Shown: positions 37,572 to 48,804 of the stretch, piece by piece
Position numbering within the stretch: position 1 is the first letter of the stretch
Layout: every line of letters starts with the position of its first letter
The notes under the pieces: generated by a model
Told to the model about the DNA's origin: nothing
Databases searched by the model: none
The model's input: only the letters and a program-made list of their open reading frames with translations
Made by a program: the position numbers and the translations under genes
Origin: Candidatus Omnitrophota bacterium
GTDB lineage: Bacteria; Omnitrophota; Gorgyraeia; Gygaellales; Profunditerraquicolaceae
DNA: 61,724 nucleotides
NCBI GenBank assembly: GCA_003598135.1
Contig: QZKA01000019.1
Span: 107,690 to 169,413, forward strand
Direction of reading: 5' to 3'

Positions 37572-37586
37572 AAATAAACTGTTCGG

Positions 37587-37727
37587 CAAATCCTACACAA
37601 GCCCCAAATCACAAATTCCAAATCTCAAATAAATTCCAAAGCTCCAATAACCAAACCGCAGCATCCCGGTTTGGAACTTGGAATTTGATGCTTGGGATTT
37701 ATTATTTGTTTAGAATTTAGGATTTAC
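37587..37727. repeat. Heptamer (CAAATNN) tandem array and its inverted counterpart around a central hairpin
   Basis: CAAAT starts at 37605, 37612, 37619 and 37626 (period 7), with degenerate copies at 37587, 37637, 37645 and 37652. The central hairpin is CCAAACCG/CGGTTTGG (37651-37658 / 37667-37674). The right arm carries the complementary TTGGAA/ATTTG/GGATTT motifs. Confidence 0.65.
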
Positions 37728-37770
37728 CTGCCTGACGGCAGTCAGGGTAGGCAGGGTGCTTAGGATTTAC
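37717..37770. repeat. TTAGGATTTAC direct repeat flanking a GC-rich imperfect hairpin
   Basis: Copies at 37717-37727 and 37760-37770. Between them CCTGCCTGAC-GGCA-GTCAG(GGTA)GGCAGG can fold. Confidence 0.6.
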
Positions 37771-37795
37771 TCGGCCTTAGCCTCGACCTCAATGA

Positions 37796-37848
37796 GCACG
37801 CAACTTATGGAACTATAGTAACCTTACCGGTGACATAAGTTGCGGTGC
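37796..37848. other. Long imperfect hairpin (14 bp, one bulge, 24-nt loop) in the non-coding island
   Basis: GCACGCAACTTATG (37796-37809) pairs with CATAAGTTGCGGTGC (37834-37848). There is no adjacent T-run on either strand, so it is not a classical terminator. Confidence 0.5.
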
Positions 37849-37895
37849 GAATTGATCCACGCGAACGCAGTGAGCGGGGATATAAGCCTTTGGCC

Positions 37896-39557
37896 TCACT
37901 GATCATACGACGAGTAATAATACGGGGTGAATGCCTGGAATTCTGCGGCACAGGTATCGACAAGCTTAAATACGGGCTTTATATGCAACTCCTTGCGTAG
38001 GCTATATATTTCTTCTTCCTTTTTTTGCATCAGGACAGCAAGCTGTGTATCGCTGAATCCGTATTCTTTGGCCGTTTTGAGGATTTCCCGGCTAAGCGTT
38101 CCCTTGCCGTAAAGTATCTGCTTTTCAGTCTCGATTATTTCTTTCAGGTTTTGTAAGAACCATCGGTCAATCCCGGTAAGCCTGTATATTTTCTCAATAT
38201 CTATGCCTATACGCAATGCATCACCGAGATAAAATATCCTCTCGGCATTGGGATTTCTTAATTTCGCGATTATGACATCCTGGGTTCTTGCGTCGCAAGT
38301 AACGGTGTGAGCGCTTTTAAACGCAATACTCTCTAGTCCGTGCTTCTTGATCTCTAAAGACCGTAGCCCTTTTTGCAACGCCTCTTTAAAGGTCCTGCCT
38401 ATTGCCATAACCTCGCCTACGGATTTCATGGAAACGGTCAGGGTAGGGTCGGATGAAGGGAATTTCTCAAAGGTAAAGCGCGGGATCTTTACCACGCAAT
38501 AATCAATGGTAGGCTCAAAACAGGCAGGGGTCTCCTTGGTGATGTCATTGGGTATCTCGTCAAGGGTATAACCGACTGCTAACTTTGCTGCGATTTTGGC
38601 AATAGGAAAACCTGTTGCCTTGGAGGCAAGCGCAGAACTCCTGGATACTCGGGGGTTCATCTCTATGATGACCATGCGGCCCGTATCCGGATGCACTGCA
38701 AACTGGATGTTCGAGCCACCGGTCTCCACGCCGATTGAGCGAATACAGGCTATCGCGGCATCGCGCATACGCTGATATTCTCTGTCGGTCAAGGTCTGTA
38801 TAGGTGCCACGGTAATACTGTCCCCCGTATGAATACCCATAGGGTCGAAATTCTCGATGGAGCAAATAATCACCACGTTGTCCTTGATATCCCGCATCAC
38901 CTCAAGCTCGAATTCCTTCCAGCCAAGCACCGATTCTTCGATAAGAACTTCTCCAATCATGCTCGATTCAAGGCCTCGCTTAGCCAGTTCTTTAAACTCC
39001 TCAACATTATACGCGATACTGCCCCCTGTCCCACCGAGCGTAAAACTCGGCCTGATAATTACCGGAAACCCGATTTCCTGCGCAATGCGCATTGCCTCTC
39101 CTAAATCGTATGCCTTGTCGCTACGCGGTAAATCCAAGCCTATTTTTTCCATTGCCGCCTTAAACAACTTTCTGTCTTCTCCTTTTTTGATAGCCTGGAT
39201 ATTCGCGCCGATTGTCTCAACTTTGTATTTTCTGAGTATCCCCTTTTCTGCAAGCCCAACCGCCGTATTCAGCGCTGTTTGACCTCCGAGGGTCGGCAAA
39301 AGCGCATCCGGTCTTTCCTTCGCGATAATCTTTTCGACCGTTTCAACGGTAATCGGCTCAAGATAGGTACTATCAGCCATCTCAGGATCGGTCATAATGG
39401 TGGCGGGGTTTGAATTCACCAGGATTACCTTATACCCCTCCTGCCGTAACACCTTACAGGCCTGGGTACCGGAATAATCAAATTCGCATGCCTGACCGAT
39501 GACAATCGGTCCAGAACCGATGATCATTATTTTCTTAATGTCAGTGCGTTTGGGCAT
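37896..39557 (-). CDS. carB: Carbamoyl-phosphate synthase large subunit, N-terminal half only (carboxyphosphate plus oligomerisation domains)
   Basis: 553 aa. [30 protein letters not shown] matches the CarB N-terminus. The ORF stops after ...[18 protein letters not shown], which corresponds to about residue 553 of the 1073-aa E. coli CarB (the domain boundary). Confidence 0.9.
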   Translation of the reverse strand: MPKRTDIKKIMIIGSGPIVIGQACEFDYSGTQACKVLRQEGYKVILVNSNPATIMTDPEMADSTYLEPITVETVEKIIAKERPDALLPTLGGQTALNTAVGLAEKGILRKYKVETIGANIQAIKKGEDRKLFKAAMEKIGLDLPRSDKAYDLGEAMRIAQEIGFPVIIRPSFTLGGTGGSIAYNVEEFKELAKRGLESSMIGEVLIEESVLGWKEFELEVMRDIKDNVVIICSIENFDPMGIHTGDSITVAPIQTLTDREYQRMRDAAIACIRSIGVETGGSNIQFAVHPDTGRMVIIEMNPRVSRSSALASKATGFPIAKIAAKLAVGYTLDEIPNDITKETPACFEPTIDYCVVKIPRFTFEKFPSSDPTLTVSMKSVGEVMAIGRTFKEALQKGLRSLEIKKHGLESIAFKSAHTVTCDARTQDVIIAKLRNPNAERIFYLGDALRIGIDIEKIYRLTGIDRWFLQNLKEIIETEKQILYGKGTLSREILKTAKEYGFSDTQLAVLMQKKEEEIYSLRKELHIKPVFKLVDTCAAEFQAFTPYYYSSYDQ

Positions 39558-39624
39558 CGCAGAAGAAGGTTGAGGTTAAGGTTGAGGACGAGGAATACGT
39601 TCTAAATTCCGCTCCTTAGTTGTG

Positions 39625-40710
39625 TTATCGTTTTTTATGCCTTTCCATTAATTTCGTAAAGTTACGGAACAGATGTTCTGCGTCGTGCGGCCCGGGCGCA
39701 GCCTCGGGATGAAATTGTACGGAAAAAAGCGGGAACCGCTTATGCCGTATCCCCTCCAACGTGCTGTCGTTTAAATTCATGTGGGTAATCTCTATTTCTT
39801 TAGGATTGAGAGTATCTATATCCACGCAGAAACCATGATTCTGAACAGTGATAAAAACCTTACCGGTTTTTAAATCTTTTACCGGATGATTGCCGCCGTG
39901 ATGGCCGAATTTAAGCTTGAATGTTTTTCCGCCTAGCGCCAAACCCAACATCTGCTGGCCCAGGCAAATACCGAATGTCGGCAGCTTCCCTAACAATGCC
40001 TTGGCCGTCTCTATTACATATCCCACTGCGGCGGGGTCCCCAGGACCATTGGAAAGCAATAGGCCGTCCGGCTTCATAGCAAGGATATCATTGCTTTTCG
40101 TATAAGCCGGAACCACAATAACCTTGCAATCAGATTTCTCCAAAAGCCTTAAGATGTTGAATTTTACTCCGCAATCAAGGACCACTACTTTATACCGGCC
40201 TCTTTTGTTCCACTCGTAAGCCTTTCTGCCGGTAACTGCTTTCACTAAATCTACCCCTGCCAACCCCGGCGATTGGCGGGCTTTTGCCACAAGACTCTTC
40301 GCATCAAGATCCTTCGTAGACAACGCCGCCTTCATTGCGCCGGCTCTGCGGATATGCAAGGTAAGCGCACGTGTGTCAATCCCCTCGATAGCCACAATAT
40401 TGTGTTCTACAAGATAATCTCCAAGGGATTTCTGAGAACGCCAGTTGCTGGCAATTTTACTGTATTCTTTTACTACAAAACCTTCGACAAAAGGCCGATA
40501 AGACTCTGCGTCTTCGCAGGTAACCCCATAGTTGCCGATTAAAGGATAGGTCATCGCAACAATCTGACCTTTATAAGAAGGGTCAGTAAGGATTTCCTGA
40601 TAACCAGCCATGCTGGTATTAAATACTACCTCCCCTTGGCTTTCGCCGGGCGCGCCAAATGACTTACCTTTAAAAATCTTCCCGTCCTCTAATGCGAGTA
40701 GTGCATTCAT
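39625..40710 (-). CDS. carA: Carbamoyl-phosphate synthase small (glutaminase) subunit
   Basis: 361 aa. GICLGQQ catalytic Cys and the FSVQFHPEA His/Glu region. Confidence 0.95.
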   Translation of the reverse strand: MNALLALEDGKIFKGKSFGAPGESQGEVVFNTSMAGYQEILTDPSYKGQIVAMTYPLIGNYGVTCEDAESYRPFVEGFVVKEYSKIASNWRSQKSLGDYLVEHNIVAIEGIDTRALTLHIRRAGAMKAALSTKDLDAKSLVAKARQSPGLAGVDLVKAVTGRKAYEWNKRGRYKVVVLDCGVKFNILRLLEKSDCKVIVVPAYTKSNDILAMKPDGLLLSNGPGDPAAVGYVIETAKALLGKLPTFGICLGQQMLGLALGGKTFKLKFGHHGGNHPVKDLKTGKVFITVQNHGFCVDIDTLNPKEIEITHMNLNDSTLEGIRHKRFPLFSVQFHPEAAPGPHDAEHLFRNFTKLMERHKKR

Positions 40711-40777
40711 AGTAATATACGGGGCAACCTGGGTCCATAGACTATAGACCCTTCTTTCCCATTTCTATTCTAAGATG

Positions 40778-42461
<1,684 letters not shown>

Positions 42462-42498
42462 GTTTCGCTTCTAGTAGTTCTTCTTCGGACTACGGAAA

Positions 42499-42526
42499 AG
42501 TATACCACAACTAACCCAGAAGTCAA
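42499..42526 (-). promoter_or_regulatory. Sigma70 promoter (extended -10) between the HD-GYP stop and the hairpin
   Basis: Minus strand reads TTGACT (42526-42521), a 16-nt spacer, then TG-G-TATACT (-10 at 42504-42499). Confidence 0.6.
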
Positions 42527-42538
42527 CCGCTTTTTGCG

Positions 42539-43879
42539 TTATACCAAATCAAGGTAGCCTTTGCCTTCTTCCGTAGGATTCAACGAATACTCTATCTTAA
42601 GTGAGCCTTTTTGTTTCCGCAAATCAATAAACTCTCTTTTGTCTACGGGAAAGACGGTTTCAATTTCGGGAGAGAATACATCATCCGTATTCTCTCTTCT
42701 GACTACCGCAATCCGCTGATCGCTTAAGTACACGATTGTCCCAACGGGCCAGACGCCCATCACCATAAAGAATTTTTCCAAAAGCTCAGGGTCAAACAAC
42801 CGTGCCTTCTCTTTGATCATAATCTCATATACCATATTCGGAGGGTATGTCCCTTTATAGCTGCGCCTCTGGAAACAGGCATCATAGACATCGCAGATAG
42901 TCACTATTAAAGAAGGCAGTGACGGCTTATAAGGGAAAGCCAATTGGGGATAGCCCTTTAAATCATACCGCAGATGGTGTTCGAATGCCACTATTGCCGG
43001 AAGGATGCCCAGGGTATCCACGTAGTTCAGTAGGATTTCAGCTCCGGTCCTGACGTGACTTTTTATCTGCGAGAACTCCTCTTCGGTAAGCTTGGCTGCT
43101 TTATTAAGAATCTTGCGGGATACGTAGAGCTTGCCGACATCATGAAACAAAGCTGCAATACCTATATCCAGAATGTCCTCTTTGTCAAGGCCTAAGGTAT
43201 GCGCAAAATACATCGACAGTATAGAAACATCCAGTAGGTGCACGGCAACCTTGGTGTCATAGCGCTTCACCGTAACCAGTTGCAAAAGGTCCTGATAGCT
43301 GCTGCCAAGGCTCTGCATTATATCACCCAAGGCCAATCGCAACGACAAATAATCAATCTGCTTACCGTCCAGCGCCTTATCGATCGCTGAACCAACAGAT
43401 TCGGCCGACCCGGCATAGAGACCTGTAAGGTCGGTACCGGTTGCTTTTTTCCCTTCCGCGGGCACGCCAGAAACCGTTATCTTTCCGACTGTAATGTGTG
43501 TAACACCCAGCCCCTGCAGGTATTCCTGCGGCTGCGCCTTTATCTCTTCTTTAGGGGTAATAAGAAAAGAGATGAATAAACGCAGTTCTTCTTTCTCAAG
43601 CTGCGGGTAAAACGTCATTTTTTCGATGCCTAGATTTTTCAAAATAGAAATCAGCGGCCCTGCAGTCTTATCGAGCTCAAAGAGTATCTCTTTTTCAAAC
43701 GCAAGCTCTGCGCCGATAAGCCCTATTACCAATTCCTTTTTTCCTTCAAAAGCGGCAGAAAAAGTAACATATGCCTTATCCAGTGATTTCATAAATTCAT
43801 GATGCACGGTGCTATAGAGCCTGGCCATCTGTAAAACGGAAAGTAAATCTTTGATTATACTTTCGATGTTATCCAACAT
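42539..43879 (-). CDS. HD-GYP domain phosphohydrolase (probable c-di-GMP phosphodiesterase) with an N-terminal sensor-like domain
   Basis: 446 aa. AALFHDVGK, FEHHLRYDLKGYPQ and ICDVYDA motifs of the HD-GYP family. Confidence 0.8.
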   Translation of the reverse strand: MLDNIESIIKDLLSVLQMARLYSTVHHEFMKSLDKAYVTFSAAFEGKKELVIGLIGAELAFEKEILFELDKTAGPLISILKNLGIEKMTFYPQLEKEELRLFISFLITPKEEIKAQPQEYLQGLGVTHITVGKITVSGVPAEGKKATGTDLTGLYAGSAESVGSAIDKALDGKQIDYLSLRLALGDIMQSLGSSYQDLLQLVTVKRYDTKVAVHLLDVSILSMYFAHTLGLDKEDILDIGIAALFHDVGKLYVSRKILNKAAKLTEEEFSQIKSHVRTGAEILLNYVDTLGILPAIVAFEHHLRYDLKGYPQLAFPYKPSLPSLIVTICDVYDACFQRRSYKGTYPPNMVYEIMIKEKARLFDPELLEKFFMVMGVWPVGTIVYLSDQRIAVVRRENTDDVFSPEIETVFPVDKREFIDLRKQKGSLKIEYSLNPTEEGKGYLDLV

Positions 43880-45794
43880 GCCACTTCTCCAACGTTTCCT
43901 TAGCTTTATTTCTAATACGCCTATTCCAGAAGAACCTTCTCTTCAACAGCAGCTTTAGGTGAGGGGTTGCCGCTTGTACTTGAGCCTCTTCAACCAAAAT
44001 GATATTTTCAAGAAGCGCGCTATTGTATTTGCCGAATTCATCGGGAAGGCCAAGGAGCAAAGCAAGGGCCCTGTCTTTGCGTTGCCCCTCCAAAAGGGCC
44101 AAAAGGGCCTCTTTTCTTAGGGGGGCGTCTTCTTTCTGCAAAACCGAAAAAAGAAATCCCTCATCTTTACGCTGCATTTTTCTCATCGCCCGCACTACTT
44201 CTATTTTTATAAGGGTATTTGAAAAAGAATATATTTGCGCAAGGATGCCACTGACTGCCGGTAGTTCAATCTGGATAACCGTATCGATGATTTTCTTAAG
44301 AAAATCTAAATCGGCGCGCTGCTGACTTAGTTTTTCATAGAAAACAGGCATGTGGCCGGGAAAAAACTTCAGAAATAAAGAAATCACAAGCGGGGTGCTT
44401 ATGTGTTCGGAAAAGATTGCGTCAAAATACGCCTCAATCCCGAAAGAGCTTTTCGTTAAGAAATCCTGGTAAAGAAGAAACCCTTCCGACGACCCTCCTG
44501 CTAAGGCCTTCTTTTCAACAAACCTGCAAACCTTATCGCTAAACGCATCGAACGCGGGCTGTATGGAGGGTATTGCCTTTTTCTTTTCTTTTAGGACCGC
44601 GGCAAGATCCCTAAGGTATTGCGGGTCATTGCTGGTGGAAATCTTTTCCCACTCATCGTTTATTTTCCCCAGGATCAAGCCTGCCATCTGCGGGTTCGTT
44701 TCAGGCACACATAGGTTAAGAAGCATATACGAATAATTGTGGTGCAGGCCGTCGCGGTCAAAATGTGCCCCTGCCTCAAAAGTTATCTCTTTTAAAAGAG
44801 AAAACAGCGTCTTTCGATATACTTCCGAGATAGAAGACTGCTCAGGGATCGAAAACAACTCCTGGAGCCTTCTTTGTACCTTGGGGGCTCCCTTAGGTCC
44901 TTCTTTTTGCTGTAATTTACCAAACAGCGAAGAGGCTATTTCCTTATGGGACTTCTCTTGGACAAAGAGAGAAAGCACGTTAAAACTGAGGCTGTCGAAG
45001 CGCGGATTAGCAATGATTTCATCGCTCAACACATCTCCCACATCTTCCGTATCGAGCTTCTTAACGAAACCGGCGATGTCTCCGAGCTCTAGCGCCTCCT
45101 GCGTGCGTTCTCGCAGGATAACCTTAAGCACCTCCTTGGTTATTTTCCTGAATTTATCCTTCTGGCCCTCCTCCAGGTGCGCAAGGAGGCGCGACATATT
45201 TCCCTGAAGCTCTTTGTCCTGGATGAAATCCTGAGCATTAAAATGGGTGATGATTTTATCGGCGGAGTCTACCACCTCGTTTATCCGTGCGGCGTCCTTC
45301 TTATCAAAGGCCTCCTGTAATAAATAGGCCCACACATCCTTGCATTCTTCCCCTGAATCTCTCAGAAGCTGCGAGTAGTCAAGTTCTTCCACGCGAATAT
45401 GGTCGAACTGCTCTTTCCCAAGGACAGCACGTATGCCTCCGCTGCAAAAAATCTGCTTCGGCGTCAAATGCAACATGGTCAAAAAACGATGCAGTTCTTT
45501 TTGATCCACTTCTTTTTCTATCTGGACACTTTTTATTTTGCGCCGGTGCAGAATCTTGGCAAGTTCATCGTGGAGCCCCGATCTTTCCAGCGGTTTGTTT
45601 TCTACAATCAAGGTATCACTGGTAACTGCCAGTACTATAGGACTAATTACTGCCAAAAGAGAATCTATTTTTTGCTTGAGGTCTTCTATGGAATTGAGGA
45701 AAAATGGGTGTTTTTCAGAATAAAGCGAGAGCATGTTAAGGGATGCCCTCAAGCTACGAAAGAAATCTTCCCATATCTGTTCTTTTGGACGCAT
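43869..45794 (-). CDS. Large alpha-helical protein sharing the N-terminal domain of the adjacent HD-GYP protein; HEAT-like C-terminus
   Basis: About 641 aa from the ATG at 45792-45794 (the track M1 is TTG at 45824, 3 nt from the predicted TSS). LSLYSEKHPFFLNS...KIKSVQIEKEVDQKELHRFLTMLHLTPKQI parallels ARLYSTVHHEFMKS...GIEKMTFYPQLEKEELRLFISFLITPKEEI of the neighbour. No catalytic motif was recognised. Confidence 0.6.
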   Translation of the reverse strand: MRPKEQIWEDFFRSLRASLNMLSLYSEKHPFFLNSIEDLKQKIDSLLAVISPIVLAVTSDTLIVENKPLERSGLHDELAKILHRRKIKSVQIEKEVDQKELHRFLTMLHLTPKQIFCSGGIRAVLGKEQFDHIRVEELDYSQLLRDSGEECKDVWAYLLQEAFDKKDAARINEVVDSADKIITHFNAQDFIQDKELQGNMSRLLAHLEEGQKDKFRKITKEVLKVILRERTQEALELGDIAGFVKKLDTEDVGDVLSDEIIANPRFDSLSFNVLSLFVQEKSHKEIASSLFGKLQQKEGPKGAPKVQRRLQELFSIPEQSSISEVYRKTLFSLLKEITFEAGAHFDRDGLHHNYSYMLLNLCVPETNPQMAGLILGKINDEWEKISTSNDPQYLRDLAAVLKEKKKAIPSIQPAFDAFSDKVCRFVEKKALAGGSSEGFLLYQDFLTKSSFGIEAYFDAIFSEHISTPLVISLFLKFFPGHMPVFYEKLSQQRADLDFLKKIIDTVIQIELPAVSGILAQIYSFSNTLIKIEVVRAMRKMQRKDEGFLFSVLQKEDAPLRKEALLALLEGQRKDRALALLLGLPDEFGKYNSALLENIILVEEAQVQAATPHLKLLLKRRFFWNRRIRNKAKETLEKWHVG

Positions 45795-45833
45795 CCTATT
45801 TATCCCTGTGGAGGACAGAAACAACTTATTTTT

Positions 45834-45862
45834 ATTCTACCCCCGATCACAAAGTTATTCAA
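45834..45862 (-). promoter_or_regulatory. Sigma70 promoter for the two-gene HD-GYP unit
   Basis: Minus strand reads TTGAAT (45862-45857), a 17-nt spacer, then TAGAAT (45839-45834). Confidence 0.55.
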
Positions 45863-45915
45863 TGATAAATTGCGGAAACTGCGATACATACCTAGTACCA
45901 TGCACTCCGAGAGCG

Positions 45916-45959
45916 TATAAAATAAAAGCGCCCCCTTAAATAAAACCCGAGGGCGCTTT
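45916..45959 (-). terminator. Candidate intrinsic terminator after gdhA
   Basis: AAAGCGCCC (45925-45933) pairs with GGGCGCTTT (45951-45959), a 9-bp stem with a 17-nt loop. It is followed on the minus strand by TATTTTAT. Confidence 0.5.
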
Positions 45960-45982
45960 GTGTGATATAAACTGGCTGATGA

Positions 45983-47350
<1,368 letters not shown>

Positions 47351-47385
47351 TTAACCCCTATTCACACCCTGAGCAAGATATATTA

Positions 47386-48804
47386 CTATGCGACTAAAGA
47401 CTGAATTATTGCTTCTGAGGCCTTCTTGGCCATTCCCATTGCTTCGATAACCGTGCCCTCACCTCCTACGATATCCCCGCCCGCAAAAATACCCTTGATG
47501 GATGTTTCCATGGTGAGGGGATTTACTGTAATGTCTCCGTGCGAATCAACCACAAGCTGCGGCGTAACCCTGGTAAGGACCTGATTTGCCTTCAGGCCTA
47601 TGGCGATAATCGCCACATCGCAGTCAAGTTCGAAATCGCTGCCTTTTAGAGGAACCGGCCTTCTTCGGCCTGAACTGTCCGGTTCGCCTAATGCACACTG
47701 AAGGCATTGCATCTTTGTAACGAACCCTCTCTCGTCGCCTTGAAAACCCTCAGGCTGCACTAAAAACTTAAAGCGGACACCTTCTTCCTTGGCGTGCTCT
47801 ATCTCTAGCCTGCGGGCAGGCATCTCTATTTCTGTGCGGCGATACACTACCGTAGTATCGCAAGGAGTGCCATTCATTTTCTGCAAGCGCAGCGCGCAGC
47901 GCGCAGCATCCATAGCAGTATTGCCCCCGCCCACCACAATAATACGCTTACCGATATTGACAGGCGTGTGAGATTCAGGGAATTGGTAAGCGGACATAAG
48001 GTTCACCCGCGTCAGGAACTCGTTCGCAGAATATATATTACATAAATTTTCACCGGTGACCCCCAGAAAAGACGGTGTACCTGCACCTAATCCAAGGAAT
48101 ATTGACGAATAACCTTCTTTCTGCAGCTCATGTAGCGATTTCATATTCCCCACGATGAAATTAGAGACTATCCCGACACCTAAGTTCTTAAGATAATCTA
48201 TCTCAACATCTAGGATGTCGCGCGGAAGACGAAACGGCGGAATGCCGTACCGTAAGACCCCTCCGGTTTTATGCAGCCCTTCGAACACCTCCACCTTCAC
48301 CCCTCTGCGCGCAAGCTCCCCCGCACAACACAAGCCTGCAGGCCCTGAGCCAACCACCGCCACTTTATGCCTGTTCAGGCGTCCTGCGGATTCGATGGAT
48401 ATCTTAAGGTTGTGTCTGATGCCATAGTCGCCGACAAACCGCTCAAGGTAATGGATGAGTATGGCCTGCTCCGAAGCAAACGGTGAATCTTTTTTAGTCA
48501 ACACGCACGCTTTCCGACACTGATACTCAGCAGGACAGATCCTCCCACAAATCGAAGGGAAATTATTTTTTTGCCGTATGGTAAAATATGCGTCGGCATA
48601 ATCTTTCTGGGTTATCTGAAAAATGAACTTCTTGATATCTATCCCGACAGGGCAGCCGGAAATACAAGCAGGGTTTTTGCACTGGAGACAGCGCTGCGCT
48701 TCAATAAGAGCCTCCTGTTCCGTATAGCCCTCTACGACTTCGGCAAAAGAATTAATCCTTTCTTTTGCCTCTGACTCTTTTACTTTTACGGGCTCTCTCT
48801 TCAT
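47386..48804 (-). CDS. nfnB: NfnB/SudA-type subunit (GltD-like FAD/NADPH oxidoreductase with 2x[4Fe-4S])
   Basis: 472 aa. CLQCKNPACISGCP cluster motifs and two dinucleotide folds (VAVVGSGPAG, VVGGGNTAMD). Makes a 4-nt overlap with an NfnA-type partner. Confidence 0.75.
   Translation of the reverse strand: MKREPVKVKESEAKERINSFAEVVEGYTEQEALIEAQRCLQCKNPACISGCPVGIDIKKFIFQITQKDYADAYFTIRQKNNFPSICGRICPAEYQCRKACVLTKKDSPFASEQAILIHYLERFVGDYGIRHNLKISIESAGRLNRHKVAVVGSGPAGLCCAGELARRGVKVEVFEGLHKTGGVLRYGIPPFRLPRDILDVEIDYLKNLGVGIVSNFIVGNMKSLHELQKEGYSSIFLGLGAGTPSFLGVTGENLCNIYSANEFLTRVNLMSAYQFPESHTPVNIGKRIIVVGGGNTAMDAARCALRLQKMNGTPCDTTVVYRRTEIEMPARRLEIEHAKEEGVRFKFLVQPEGFQGDERGFVTKMQCLQCALGEPDSSGRRRPVPLKGSDFELDCDVAIIAIGLKANQVLTRVTPQLVVDSHGDITVNPLTMETSIKGIFAGGDIVGGEGTVIEAMGMAKKASEAIIQSLVA

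Noticed and set aside
37605-37632. The short-repeat array as a CRISPR array or satellite.
   Set aside because: The units are 7 nt with no spacers of 25-40 nt, there are no cas genes, and there are only about four exact-period copies. It is not a CRISPR array. It is reported instead as part of the non-coding island.
37896-39557. carB as a truncated pseudogene or a frameshifted gene.
   Set aside because: The ORF ends exactly at the known inter-domain boundary (about residue 553). All motifs in the retained half are intact. There is no CarB-like coding remnant in any frame downstream. Gene fission is the better explanation, although the partner gene is not in this window.
40711-40777. The hairpin GGGTCTATAGTCTATGGACCC in the pyrG-carA spacer as a terminator.
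   Set aside because: The stem is short and interrupted, the loop is 3 nt, and no T-run follows. This is insufficient for an intrinsic terminator call.
47386-48804. A second glutamate synthase small subunit (gltD paralogue).
   Set aside because: It is translationally coupled (4-nt overlap) to a 284-aa FNR-like [2Fe-2S] protein typical of NfnA/SudB. It is separated from gltB by glgP and the true gltD. NfnB/SudA is the better call.
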